Positions 10,001 to 17,534 of a stretch of DNA of 64,000 nt are shown here, one piece after another; position 1 is the stretch's first letter, and each line of letters starts with the position of its first letter. This stretch comes from Thermoanaerobaculia bacterium. GTDB lineage: Bacteria; Acidobacteriota; Thermoanaerobaculia; UBA5066; Gp7-AA6. The position numbers and the translations under genes are program-made. Where the stretch lies: contig DASXTI010000062.1 of assembly GCA_036505535.1 (NCBI GenBank), positions 124,585 through 188,584 of the forward strand, written 5' to 3'. The notes beneath the pieces were generated by a model. That model searched no databases. It was not told the DNA's origin and worked only from the letters and a program-made list of their open reading frames with translations.

Positions 10001-10151
10001 ATGCCACCGGACGCCCGAGCCGGGTGTCCCTGGCGCGATACACCTGGCCCATTCCTCCGGAGCCGAGCAGGGCAAGAACCTCGTAGGGCCCGAGCCGGAC
10101 GCCCGGCGAAAGCGTCAGGCTCTCAGGAAGTTCGCCAGCCACATTGCCCGC
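7023..10151 (-). CDS. Ser/Thr protein kinase fused to NB-ARC/AAA ATPase and TPR repeats (STAND/PknK-like regulator)
   Basis: Hanks kinase motifs (LGSGGMGQVYRA, ALKVL, HRDLKPDNLML, DFGLAK, SPEQ). Walker A GPAGVGKSRLA followed by an NB-ARC-like region. C-terminal array of TPR-like repeats (SLNSLG../NLANVA../SLNHLGDVA../TLTDLGNLA..). ATG 10331 would overlap the upstream LeuA-family gene by 170 nt, so TTG 10151 or GTG 10139 is preferred; the start is uncertain. Confidence 0.8.
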   Translation of the reverse strand, partial: AGNVAGELPESLTLSPGVRLGPYEVLALLGSGGMGQVYRARDTRLGRPVALKVLAGDPACDSERLRRFTNEARAASSLSHPNIVSIYDVELSEAPGYIAMELVEGPTLSEVLAAGPLGGRRLLSIASQIGDGLARAHEVGIVHRDLKPDNLMLTRDGAVKILDFGLAKLAPFSGGPSQIVTLTRETTPGTILGTVSYMSPEQATGREVDFRSDQFALGAILYEMATGRRAFQRDTAVETLSAIIRDEPEPIGQYAPETPAPLQWVIQRCLAKDPGERYASSRDLARDLAAVRDRLTDRPRAIVEPRSNLPEPRTPLIGRSGEAVAAGELLLREGVRLVTLTGPAGVGKSRLAIQVARDTAAHFAGGAFFVPLAAIGDARQIPGCVAQALGIRETTGESPLEALRRHFADAVRAPLLVLLDNLEHLSGGSAALAELLASTQNMKLLATSRSAIHVYGEHEFPVPPLALPDAFGSSDPERLTRCPSVALFLERAAAVRPDFALTRENARAVAEICVRLDGLPLALELAAARIKMLPPGEILLRLEHRLRLLTGGSRDLPARQQTLRGAIEWSENLLGSAERTLFRRLAVFAGGFTLEAAEAVANAREDLPLDVLDVVASLVDKSLLQQHGSGDEWRFQMLETIREYALERLAESGDEESTRRAHAAYCVVLAEEGDAKLASGERDAWIRRFEAEQNNFRTALHWLIESGNADWGLRLGGALWRFWELREHSTEGRQWLQGLLRMAAGTSLRELRAKVVFGAGVLAENQSDWAASRSLFTEHLEIARELENRWAVATSLNSLGVQAYRKREYGAARSFLEESLGVWQELGNREAVAFAYANLANVARGEGNLTEAESLHRQSLEISRQLGDRRGVAASLNHLGDVARDRSDFGGARALYEESLGAFRAIGDVWGEAGTLTDLGNLARDEGNHAGAAHSYSESLRLFQELDQNRGVARALEGFAGSAAAQGKPARALRLAGAAAALRQAIGAPLPPTEQARLETSLDPARRALPHETASAAWLDGWSMPPERAIESALRAEEDSSC

Positions 10152-10161
10152 CAAGCGAGCG

Positions 10162-11415
10162 CTATAGATGACCCGCCGTCGCCGGCGTGAAGCGCTGCAC
10201 CACCTCCAGGATTTCGGCGTCCGAGAGGACGTGGTCGCTGTCCTTTGCCCGGCGGAAGATCGTATCGACCAAATCGGGACGTGGTTCCAGCCCGTGGTTC
10301 TCGAGCCAGCACTGGACGTTGGAGAGGCCACTCATGGGCCCCACCTCGATGATCTGGTGCCGCCCGACCATGCTCGCCGGAACGCCCGAGTAGACGCGGT
10401 CGGAGAGCCACTCATCCCCCTTCTTGCGCGCCTTGATGATGGCCGCGGCGTGAACGCCCGTTCCCGTCCGAAAGGCATCCCTCCCCACGATCGGGTAATT
10501 GTCGGGGATCCGCACGCCCGTCGCGTCGGAGACCGTGGCGCAGTACTCATGGAGCTTCGTCAGATCGCGGTTTATCCAGCCGAGGAGCTGCAGGTTGACG
10601 AGCAGCTGATCCATCGGCGTATTGCCGACCCGCTCTCCGATGCCCAGAGCACAGGCGTGAACGCGATGCGCTCCGGCTTCCAGCGCCCACAGGGCATTCG
10701 TAATGCCCAGCCCGCGGTCCTGGTGGCCATGCCAGTCGACCTTCACTTCCGGGTCGACGTCGGCGACGAGATCGCAGACGAACTTGACCAGATTGCGGAC
10801 GCCGTTGGGGGTCGCGTGGCCCACCGTGTCGCACACGCAGACACGGCGGGCGCCGGCGCGAATCGCGGTCGTGTACATGCGCCGGATGTGATCGGGATGC
10901 GCGCGCGTCGTGTCTTCGGTCACGTACATGACCGGAAGACCTTCCTTGATTGCCAGCGCGACGGCGTCTTCCGACAGGCGCAGCATCCGATCGAAGTCCC
11001 AGTCTTCGGTGTACTGACGGATGGGTGAGGAGCCGATGAAGCAGGAGACCTCGATCGGAATGCCGACCTTCTGCGAGATCTCGATGATCGGAACGATGTC
11101 CGCCGCCACGGTGCGTGCGGCGCAGTTGGGTCGGATCCGCATCTTCGCGCGCACGATCTCCTGCGCGATGCGGGTCACCGTGTCGACGACGTGGGGCCCC
11201 GCGCCCGGAAGGCCGATGTCGGCGGAGTCGATTCCGAGCGCCTCCATCAGGTGAAGGATGCGGATCTTCTGCTCGGTCGAGGGACTCTTGACCGACGGAG
11301 ACTGGAGTCCGTCGCGCAGCGTCTCGTCGTCGAGCTCGACGCTGCCCCGGGCCGGAACGGCGGCCCCGCCAGCGCGGTTCCAGTCGTAGATGAGCTCGGA
11401 GTCCGGCGGGTGCAA
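10162..11415 (-). CDS. 2-isopropylmalate/homocitrate synthase-family enzyme (DRE-TIM metallolyase), catalytic domain only
   Basis: Motifs DDETLRDGLQSP, HGHQDRGLGITNALWALEAGA, GIGERVGNTPMDQLL. No LeuA C-terminal regulatory domain. Confidence 0.8.
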   Translation of the reverse strand: MHPPDSELIYDWNRAGGAAVPARGSVELDDETLRDGLQSPSVKSPSTEQKIRILHLMEALGIDSADIGLPGAGPHVVDTVTRIAQEIVRAKMRIRPNCAARTVAADIVPIIEISQKVGIPIEVSCFIGSSPIRQYTEDWDFDRMLRLSEDAVALAIKEGLPVMYVTEDTTRAHPDHIRRMYTTAIRAGARRVCVCDTVGHATPNGVRNLVKFVCDLVADVDPEVKVDWHGHQDRGLGITNALWALEAGAHRVHACALGIGERVGNTPMDQLLVNLQLLGWINRDLTKLHEYCATVSDATGVRIPDNYPIVGRDAFRTGTGVHAAAIIKARKKGDEWLSDRVYSGVPASMVGRHQIIEVGPMSGLSNVQCWLENHGLEPRPDLVDTIFRRAKDSDHVLSDAEILEVVQRFTPATAGHL

Positions 11416-11487
11416 AGCTGTCTTCTTCCAGAGAGAGTCTAATGCGGGGCGCCGGTCAGATCAACAAGGGCGGCGCCATTGCCCGCT

Positions 11488-12657
11488 TTATCGCGCCGGC
11501 GCTCCGATCGAAAAGTCGGCCCCGATGAAGAGCGTCGGCTCCGGCGAGCCGATCGAGCCGCTCAGCCCGGCGCCGAAGACCCCCCTCCGCGCCACGTCCA
11601 GGCGCCGAGAAGGGGCCACGCCCGCCGAGTCCGTCAGCGTCACGGTCTCATCCCCCCACGCCAGGCGCAGGGAGACGCGCACGCGGACCGACGGAGTGAA
11701 TGCGTGCCGGGCCTCCAGGTCCCAGAAGTATTCATGCATGCGCGAGTCCGGATCGAAACCGCTGTCGAACGCCAAGGTCTCGGTTCCCAGAACGGCGAGC
11801 GAAACGAAGGGGAGCCGCTCTGAATCGTACGTCGCTGACAGAAAAAAGTCGGTGCGAGGCCACGCGTATCCGACTCCCAGGCGCACGGCCGAAAGGCTAG
11901 CCGGCTCGCGACTGTCGCGGTTCGCAAAGGAGGGCGCGCTCTCCCGGTGAACATCGAGCGAGCCGGCCATCCGCTCGCCATGGAGCAAGAGCGTCCAGGC
12001 GCCGCGGCGAAAACGCACCTCCGCATCCCCCCCGAAGAACGCGCCGGAGACGTCGTGAAAGGCGTTGGCCGTCGCGTTGAACCCTCCGGGCTTGACCCAT
12101 CGAAGAGCCGCGGCCGCCTCCAGGTCGGTCCACCGGTGACGCCAGCCCGCCGCGGCATCGATCCGCTCCGCCGAGTAGGTTCGTTGCTCGCTGAAGACGT
12201 GGTTTTCTTCCCCGATGTTCACGAGCTGGCTCGCCTGATGGAAGCGGCGGTCGATCGCGAGCTCGACAGAGTCGCGGGCCCCGAGAGGCAAGCGTCCGAG
12301 CACGGCGAAGTTCTCGTAACGTCCGTCCCCGGTCGCCGCGACGCGCGCAAGATCCGGCGAGGCCTTGAGCTCCTGCTCGGCGTGCGGGGCCGCGAAGGCG
12401 ACTCGGATCCTCCACTCGAGCTGGGGCGTTCCCGCTCCCAGAAGCTCGGAGGCCGCGCGGGCCCCTCCGAGGCCGATCAAGACGAACTTCGGCGTCGTGT
12501 CCGACGAGTCGACCCGCTCGGGCGTGGCCTGATACCGCCTCGCCAGCGTGGCGTAGGAGAATCCGATGTCGGCGCCGAGGCCCGTCCGCGGCGGCAGGTC
12601 CATGCCCAGCAACATTCCGGCGCAGAAGACACAGGCGCTGACCAAGTCGCTGCCCAT
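11488..12657 (-). CDS. hypothetical protein, possible outer-membrane beta-barrel
   Basis: N-terminal hydrophobic signal-like segment. Alternating amphipathic pattern rich in G/A/S/R with aromatic strand ends. No recognisable catalytic motifs. Opposite-strand ORFs 11947..13578 and 11897..12838 are Arg-rich shadows. Confidence 0.45.
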   Translation of the reverse strand: MGSDLVSACVFCAGMLLGMDLPPRTGLGADIGFSYATLARRYQATPERVDSSDTTPKFVLIGLGGARAASELLGAGTPQLEWRIRVAFAAPHAEQELKASPDLARVAATGDGRYENFAVLGRLPLGARDSVELAIDRRFHQASQLVNIGEENHVFSEQRTYSAERIDAAAGWRHRWTDLEAAAALRWVKPGGFNATANAFHDVSGAFFGGDAEVRFRRGAWTLLLHGERMAGSLDVHRESAPSFANRDSREPASLSAVRLGVGYAWPRTDFFLSATYDSERLPFVSLAVLGTETLAFDSGFDPDSRMHEYFWDLEARHAFTPSVRVRVSLRLAWGDETVTLTDSAGVAPSRRLDVARRGVFGAGLSGSIGSPEPTLFIGADFSIGAPAR

Positions 12658-12672
12658 CGCCCGCCGTCCTGC

Positions 12673-13455
12673 TCAGCGGCCCGTGAACCGCGCCGACCGC
12701 TTCTCCAGGAAGGCCGCCATCCCTTCCTTCATGTCGGAAGTCGCGGCACAGAGACCGAAGAGCGTCGCTTCCAAAAGCTGACTCCCCGAGAGCGTCATCT
12801 CCAGGCCGCGGCGAATCGCCTCCATGGCGTATCGACACGCAACCGGGCCGTTGGCCGCGATTCGCTTGGCAATCTGGAGCGCGCCCGAAAGCGCCTGGCC
12901 CGCGGGAACGACGCGGTTCACCAACCCGATCCGCTCGGCATCGGCCGCGGTCAAGCCCTTCTCGGCCGTGAGCACCAGCTCGAAGGCGCGCGCCGGCCCC
13001 ACCAGTCGCGCGAGCCGTTGCGTGCCGCCATATCCCGGAATGATGCCGAGCGAGGTTTCGGGCAGCCCCATTCGGGCGTTTTCGGAGGCGACGCGAAGCG
13101 TGCAGGCCATCGCCAGCTCCAAGCCGCCGCCATAGGCGAATCCGTTGATCGCCGCGATGGTCGGGACGGGAAGACCCGAAAGGCGGTCGAGAAGCGCCTG
13201 GCCTTTGCGGGCGTGCTCGCGGCCCTGGAGCGGCGAGAGCGTCGCCAGCTCGGAGATGTCGGCCCCGGCAATGAAGGCCTTCTCCCCCATCCCCGTGACG
13301 ATCAGACCGCGAAGGCTCTCGTCCGCCTCCGCCTCCACGAGGGCTTCGGCCAGCTCCCCGAGCACTGCCGCATTCAACGCGTTCAACTTTTCCGGCCGCG
13401 TCACGGTCAGGACGCGAAGGGAGTCGGAGGTCTCGACGCGGACGAGCTCGCTCAT
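12673..13455 (-). CDS. enoyl-CoA hydratase (crotonase family)
   Basis: Crotonase fold motifs (FIAGADISE, AAINGFAYGGGLELAMACTLRVASENARMGLPE). Confidence 0.85.
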   Translation of the reverse strand: MSELVRVETSDSLRVLTVTRPEKLNALNAAVLGELAEALVEAEADESLRGLIVTGMGEKAFIAGADISELATLSPLQGREHARKGQALLDRLSGLPVPTIAAINGFAYGGGLELAMACTLRVASENARMGLPETSLGIIPGYGGTQRLARLVGPARAFELVLTAEKGLTAADAERIGLVNRVVPAGQALSGALQIAKRIAANGPVACRYAMEAIRRGLEMTLSGSQLLEATLFGLCAATSDMKEGMAAFLEKRSARFTGR

Positions 13456-13459
13456 GCGC

Positions 13460-14314
13460 CTACCCTCCGTACTCGTAGAAACCCCGCCCCGATTTCTTCC
13501 CGTAACGTCCGGCCAGCACCATCCGCTTCAGCAGAGGAGGGGGAGCGAAACGATTCTCCCGGTACTCGCCGTACATGATCTCCGCGATCGCATAGGTCGT
13601 GTCGAGGCCCACGAAATCGAGGAGCTTGAGAGGCCCCATCGGATGGCCGCAGCCGAGCTCCATCCCCTTGTCGATGTCTTCCTTGGTCCCGACGCCGGCC
13701 TCGAGAGCCCGCACGGCGTCGAGCAGATATGGGACGAGCAGCCGGTTCACGATGAAGCCGGAGTTGTCCTGCGTGCGGATCGGCTCCTTGCCGAGCGACT
13801 TCGCGAACTCGAGGACGGCCGTCGCCGTCTCCTCGGAGGTCGCGATGGTGCGGACGACCTCCACGAGCTTCATGACCGGAACGGGATTGAAGAAGTGGAG
13901 TCCCGCGAACCGGTCGGGGCGCTGCGTCACGGCCGACATCTCCATGATCGTCAGCGACGAGGTGTTCGAGCAGAAAATCGTCGACGCCTTGCAGAGTAAG
14001 TCGAGCGCTTTGTACGTCTCCTTCTTCGCGTCCAGGTTCTCGACGATCGCTTCGATGACCAGATCGCAGTCGGCGACCTCTTCGAGACGCGCCGTGGACG
14101 AGATGCGGCGCCACGCCGCGTCGCGATCCGCCGCCGTCAGTTTCCCCTTCTCCACGGCCTTGCCGAGCGAGCTCTCGATCCGACTCATCCCCTTCCGGGC
14201 CAGCTCCTCGGTGATCTCACGGACCACCGTGTCGTAACCCGCCCTGGCGCACACCTCGGCGATACCAGACCCCATGAGGCCCGCCCCCAGAATGCTCACC
14301 TTACGAATGGCCAT
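13460..14314 (-). CDS. 3-hydroxybutyryl-CoA / 3-hydroxyacyl-CoA dehydrogenase
   Basis: Rossmann motif ILGAGLMGSGIA, HFFNPVPVMKLVEV, C-terminal 3HCDH domain. Start at MAIRKV (14314). Confidence 0.85.
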   Translation of the reverse strand: MAIRKVSILGAGLMGSGIAEVCARAGYDTVVREITEELARKGMSRIESSLGKAVEKGKLTAADRDAAWRRISSTARLEEVADCDLVIEAIVENLDAKKETYKALDLLCKASTIFCSNTSSLTIMEMSAVTQRPDRFAGLHFFNPVPVMKLVEVVRTIATSEETATAVLEFAKSLGKEPIRTQDNSGFIVNRLLVPYLLDAVRALEAGVGTKEDIDKGMELGCGHPMGPLKLLDFVGLDTTYAIAEIMYGEYRENRFAPPPLLKRMVLAGRYGKKSGRGFYEYGG

Positions 14315-14642
14315 GATCTTTCGACTCCTCCGCGCCGGCCGGGTTCTCCCTGGACGCGTCCATCTCGGGGCCCGGCTCCGCCGGCGCGCCACAGAAAAGC
14401 CGCAGCGTCAGATCCCGGCGGAACCCCGGACCGGCAAGCGCTACGATCGGAGATTCGGGAGCCAGGACGATCCAGCCGTTCGCCGTCCAGTAGTCCACGG
14501 CCTCGCGGCAGAGGCCTCCCTCGTTGAGCGTCGTTAAGACCGCGTTCAAGTCGCCGGTCCCCTTCGCTTTGAGGTCGCGCAGGAAGTCATCCACTGCCGC
14601 GGCTCGCACCGGAAAGTCGAGGATCCTCTCCGTCCAGTTCAA
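14301..14642 (-). CDS. hypothetical 113-aa protein between thiolase and hbd
   Basis: Reasonable amino-acid composition for the first ~85 residues. 14-nt overlap with hbd start. No recognisable motif; could be spurious. Confidence 0.3.
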   Translation of the reverse strand: MNWTERILDFPVRAAAVDDFLRDLKAKGTGDLNAVLTTLNEGGLCREAVDYWTANGWIVLAPESPIVALAGPGFRRDLTLRLFCGAPAEPGPEMDASRENPAGAEESKDHGHS

Positions 14643-14666
14643 AGGCGGGCCGCTCTCGATCGAAGC

Positions 14667-15860
14667 CTAACCGATCGACTCGAGGACCACTGCGATGCCC
14701 TGGCCTCCGCCGATGCAGGCACCGGCCAAGCCGTAGCGGGTGCCGCGACGCCGCATCTCCTTCAGCAGGGTCAGCGTGCAGCGCGTCCCGGTCGCCGCGA
14801 GAGGATGGCCGAGCGCGATCGCGCCGCCGTTGACGTTCAACTTCTCCAAGTCGAGGTCTAGCTCCCGCACGACGCCCAGGATCTGCCCCGCGAACGCCTC
14901 GTTGATCTCCCAGAGACCGATCTCCGCCGCGCGCAGACCAGCGCGGGCGATGGCCGAGCGCGCCGCGGGCGCCGGTCCGAGTCCCATCAGCTCGGGTTCG
15001 ACGCCGACGACGGCCCACGAGACGAGACGACCGAGCGGCTTGCGGCCTTTCGCCTTCGCTTGCTCGGCCGACGTCACGACGACGGCGGCCGCTCCATCCA
15101 CGATCCCCGACGCGTTGCCCGCCGTGACGGAGCCGTCGGTTCCGAAGGAAGGGGGCAGACTCGCGAGGCCTTCGAGCGTCGAGTCGGGGCGCAAGTGGTC
15201 GTCTTTCTCGACCCGGACCGTCTTCCAACCCGTCTGCACCTCGATGGGCACGACTTCTTCGGAAAGGCGGCAGGACGTCCATGCCGCGGCCGCCCGCTGC
15301 TGCGAAGAAAGCGCGTAGGCGTCCTGCTCGGCGCGCGAGATGCCATACTTCGCGGCAACCCGGTCGGAGGTCTGGGCCATGTAGAGCCCGCAGTAAGAGT
15401 CGAGAAGGGCCACCATGAGCGAGTCCTCGAGCTGTCCTCCTCCGAGGCGAAAGCCGCGCCGCGCGCCCCGGATCACGTGCGGAGCCTGCGACAAGTTCTC
15501 CATGCCGCCGGCGAGAACCGTTCTGGCCTCGCCCAGAAGGATCCGGTGGGCCCCCTGCACGATCGACTCGAAGCCCGAACCGCACAGCCGATTGACCGTC
15601 AGAGCGGGGACCTCTTTGGGAACGCCCGCCTTCAGGGCGACGTGGCGCGCTCCATAGATCGCGTCGCCGGACGTCTGCAGGGCGTTACCGAAGATGGCGT
15701 GGTCGATCTCGGCGGGTTCCACCCCGCTGCGGAGCAACGCCTCCCGCGCCGCATGGACCCCGAGATCGATGGCCGATACCTCGGCGAAGGCGCCGTTGTA
15801 TTCGGCCATGGGGGTGCGCGCGCCCTCCAGAATGACGATGTCGGAACCGTTTGCAGCCAT
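14667..15860 (-). CDS. acetyl-CoA C-acetyltransferase (thiolase II)
   Basis: Thiolase motifs (NRLCGSGFESI, NASGIVDGAAAVVV, GGAIALGHPLAATG, GLAGACIGGGQGIA). Confidence 0.9.
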   Translation of the reverse strand: MAANGSDIVILEGARTPMAEYNGAFAEVSAIDLGVHAAREALLRSGVEPAEIDHAIFGNALQTSGDAIYGARHVALKAGVPKEVPALTVNRLCGSGFESIVQGAHRILLGEARTVLAGGMENLSQAPHVIRGARRGFRLGGGQLEDSLMVALLDSYCGLYMAQTSDRVAAKYGISRAEQDAYALSSQQRAAAAWTSCRLSEEVVPIEVQTGWKTVRVEKDDHLRPDSTLEGLASLPPSFGTDGSVTAGNASGIVDGAAAVVVTSAEQAKAKGRKPLGRLVSWAVVGVEPELMGLGPAPAARSAIARAGLRAAEIGLWEINEAFAGQILGVVRELDLDLEKLNVNGGAIALGHPLAATGTRCTLTLLKEMRRRGTRYGLAGACIGGGQGIAVVLESIG

Positions 15861-15878
15861 CGAGAGCGGGAGTCTACC

Positions 15879-16925
15879 TCAGCCAAACGCGGTGTAGACG
15901 GCCGAGTGAAAGCGCTGGCGAACCTCGTTGAACGGAACTTCTTTGACCTCCGGGTGGATCCGGTTGGTCAACAGGACCGCGATGCGGTCGCCGTCGGGGT
16001 CGATCCAGACGGAGGTTCCCGTGAAACCCGTATGCCCGAAGGAGCGGGGAGACATTTCCGGAACCGAGGAGCCGGCGCCGCGATGACCCTGCCAGGCGAG
16101 ACCGCGCGCCTCCGAGAGCCCCGGCGTCGAGTCCGCGCCGTATCCGATTCGATCCGGCGCGAGCCAGTGTCTTGCGAGAGCCCACACGTCGCGCGCCGTC
16201 CCGAAAAGGCCCGCGTTGCCCGCGACCCCTCCGCGCCGATACGCGTTGCCGTCGTGCACCTCGCCCCAGACGACGCCCGTGCGGAAGCGCGGATACGCGA
16301 GACCCCGCGCCTCCGTCATGGCGCGCTCGACCCTGTCATCCTTCTCCGTCGCCGCCGTGGTCGAGGCGAGCTTCGGGAGAAAATGTGCCCCGGAACCGGT
16401 CGGCGAAGCCACGAGGTCCGTGAAGACGCGGTCGATCGGGGCCGAGAAGAAGACCTCAAGAATATCGGTCAGAAGCAGAAAATTCAGGTCGCTGTAGATG
16501 ACGCGCTTCCCGGGCGACGCCTCGGGCTCCATCGAAGAAAGCGTTTTTCGGTAGGACGCCGCCCCCTCGCCGCGGGCGTACAGCGGATACCACGCGGCGA
16601 GTCCGGAAGTGTGCGTCAGGAGATGTTCTAAAGTAATTCCATCGAACCTCGTCTTCTTCCACTCCGGGAGAAATCGCCCTGGCTCGGCATCGATCGGCAG
16701 GCGCGTTCCCGCGGCGGCGACGAGCGCCCCCGTGCAGAGCGGTTTCGTTAAGCTAGCGAGGTCAAACAGCGTGTCGCCGGTGATCTGCCGCTTCTCCGGC
16801 TCGATGGCGGCATCGCCGGCCCACGCGATCTCGGCGATCGCCTCGGAGGAGCCCACGAGCCCCGCGGCGCCCGGAAATGACCCGGCCACGATTTCGTGGC
16901 GGAGAAAGTCCGCGACGGCCGTCAC
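15879..16925 (-). CDS. serine hydrolase, beta-lactamase/esterase (class C-like) family
   Basis: S-x-x-K (ASLTKPL), YSDLNF, and GHTGFTG (HTG) motifs. Confidence 0.8.
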   Translation of the reverse strand: MTAVADFLRHEIVAGSFPGAAGLVGSSEAIAEIAWAGDAAIEPEKRQITGDTLFDLASLTKPLCTGALVAAAGTRLPIDAEPGRFLPEWKKTRFDGITLEHLLTHTSGLAAWYPLYARGEGAASYRKTLSSMEPEASPGKRVIYSDLNFLLLTDILEVFFSAPIDRVFTDLVASPTGSGAHFLPKLASTTAATEKDDRVERAMTEARGLAYPRFRTGVVWGEVHDGNAYRRGGVAGNAGLFGTARDVWALARHWLAPDRIGYGADSTPGLSEARGLAWQGHRGAGSSVPEMSPRSFGHTGFTGTSVWIDPDGDRIAVLLTNRIHPEVKEVPFNEVRQRFHSAVYTAFG

Positions 16926-17455
16926 GGGCCGAGAGACTCGATCTCGGCGCGTCGCGGCGCCACGCGAGCGGCGTTGCGCACCATCTGCGGCGTGGGGCCC
17001 TCCCCCTTTCGGAGCGTCGAGCGTTCTCGCTCCAGACCGGCGATCTCCCCGTCGAGCCGCGCCGCCGTCTGCGCATCGCGGGCGGAGCGCCGGGCTTCGC
17101 GGACGGTCGCAATCGCTCGGGCATAGGACTCCAGTGCCGCTTCGGCGACCTGCCGGGAATCGAGCGCGACGATCGCCTCGACGATGCGTGCGCGGACCCA
17201 GACGAACTCGAACGGATCGATCCCGAGCTGCAGCGCGGTCTCCGCGTCGGAACCGCTGCCCGCCGCCCGTCTTACCCTCAGATACATATCGAGTTGCGCG
17301 TTCGTCAGCAGACCGTCGGCGGGTGGCTGAAAGCGCAGCTCGACGTGGCTGCGGATGGCGGAAACCGGATCGAGCTTGCGCGGCTCGAGCCGCTTGCAGC
17401 CGGCGGAGGCAAGAGTGGCCATCGTCAGAGCAAGAGAGAGAGCGAGCCGGACCAC
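16922..17455 (-). CDS. hypothetical lipoprotein
   Basis: Signal peptide with lipobox (LATLASAGC). ATGA overlap with downstream hydrolase gene. Confidence 0.55.
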   Translation of the reverse strand: MVRLALSLALTMATLASAGCKRLEPRKLDPVSAIRSHVELRFQPPADGLLTNAQLDMYLRVRRAAGSGSDAETALQLGIDPFEFVWVRARIVEAIVALDSRQVAEAALESYARAIATVREARRSARDAQTAARLDGEIAGLERERSTLRKGEGPTPQMVRNAARVAPRRAEIESLGP

Positions 17456-17534
17456 GACGCCAGTCTACTCATCCAAGCCGCCGAGAGTGAATGGTTTCCG
17501 ACACGTTCCCGTTCGTTTACACTTAGAGGGTTCC

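Noticed and set aside
11947-13578. 543-aa plus-strand ORF and 11897..12838 minus-strand ORF
   Set aside because: Arg-rich shadows overlapping the crotonase and OMP-like genes. No domain signatures.
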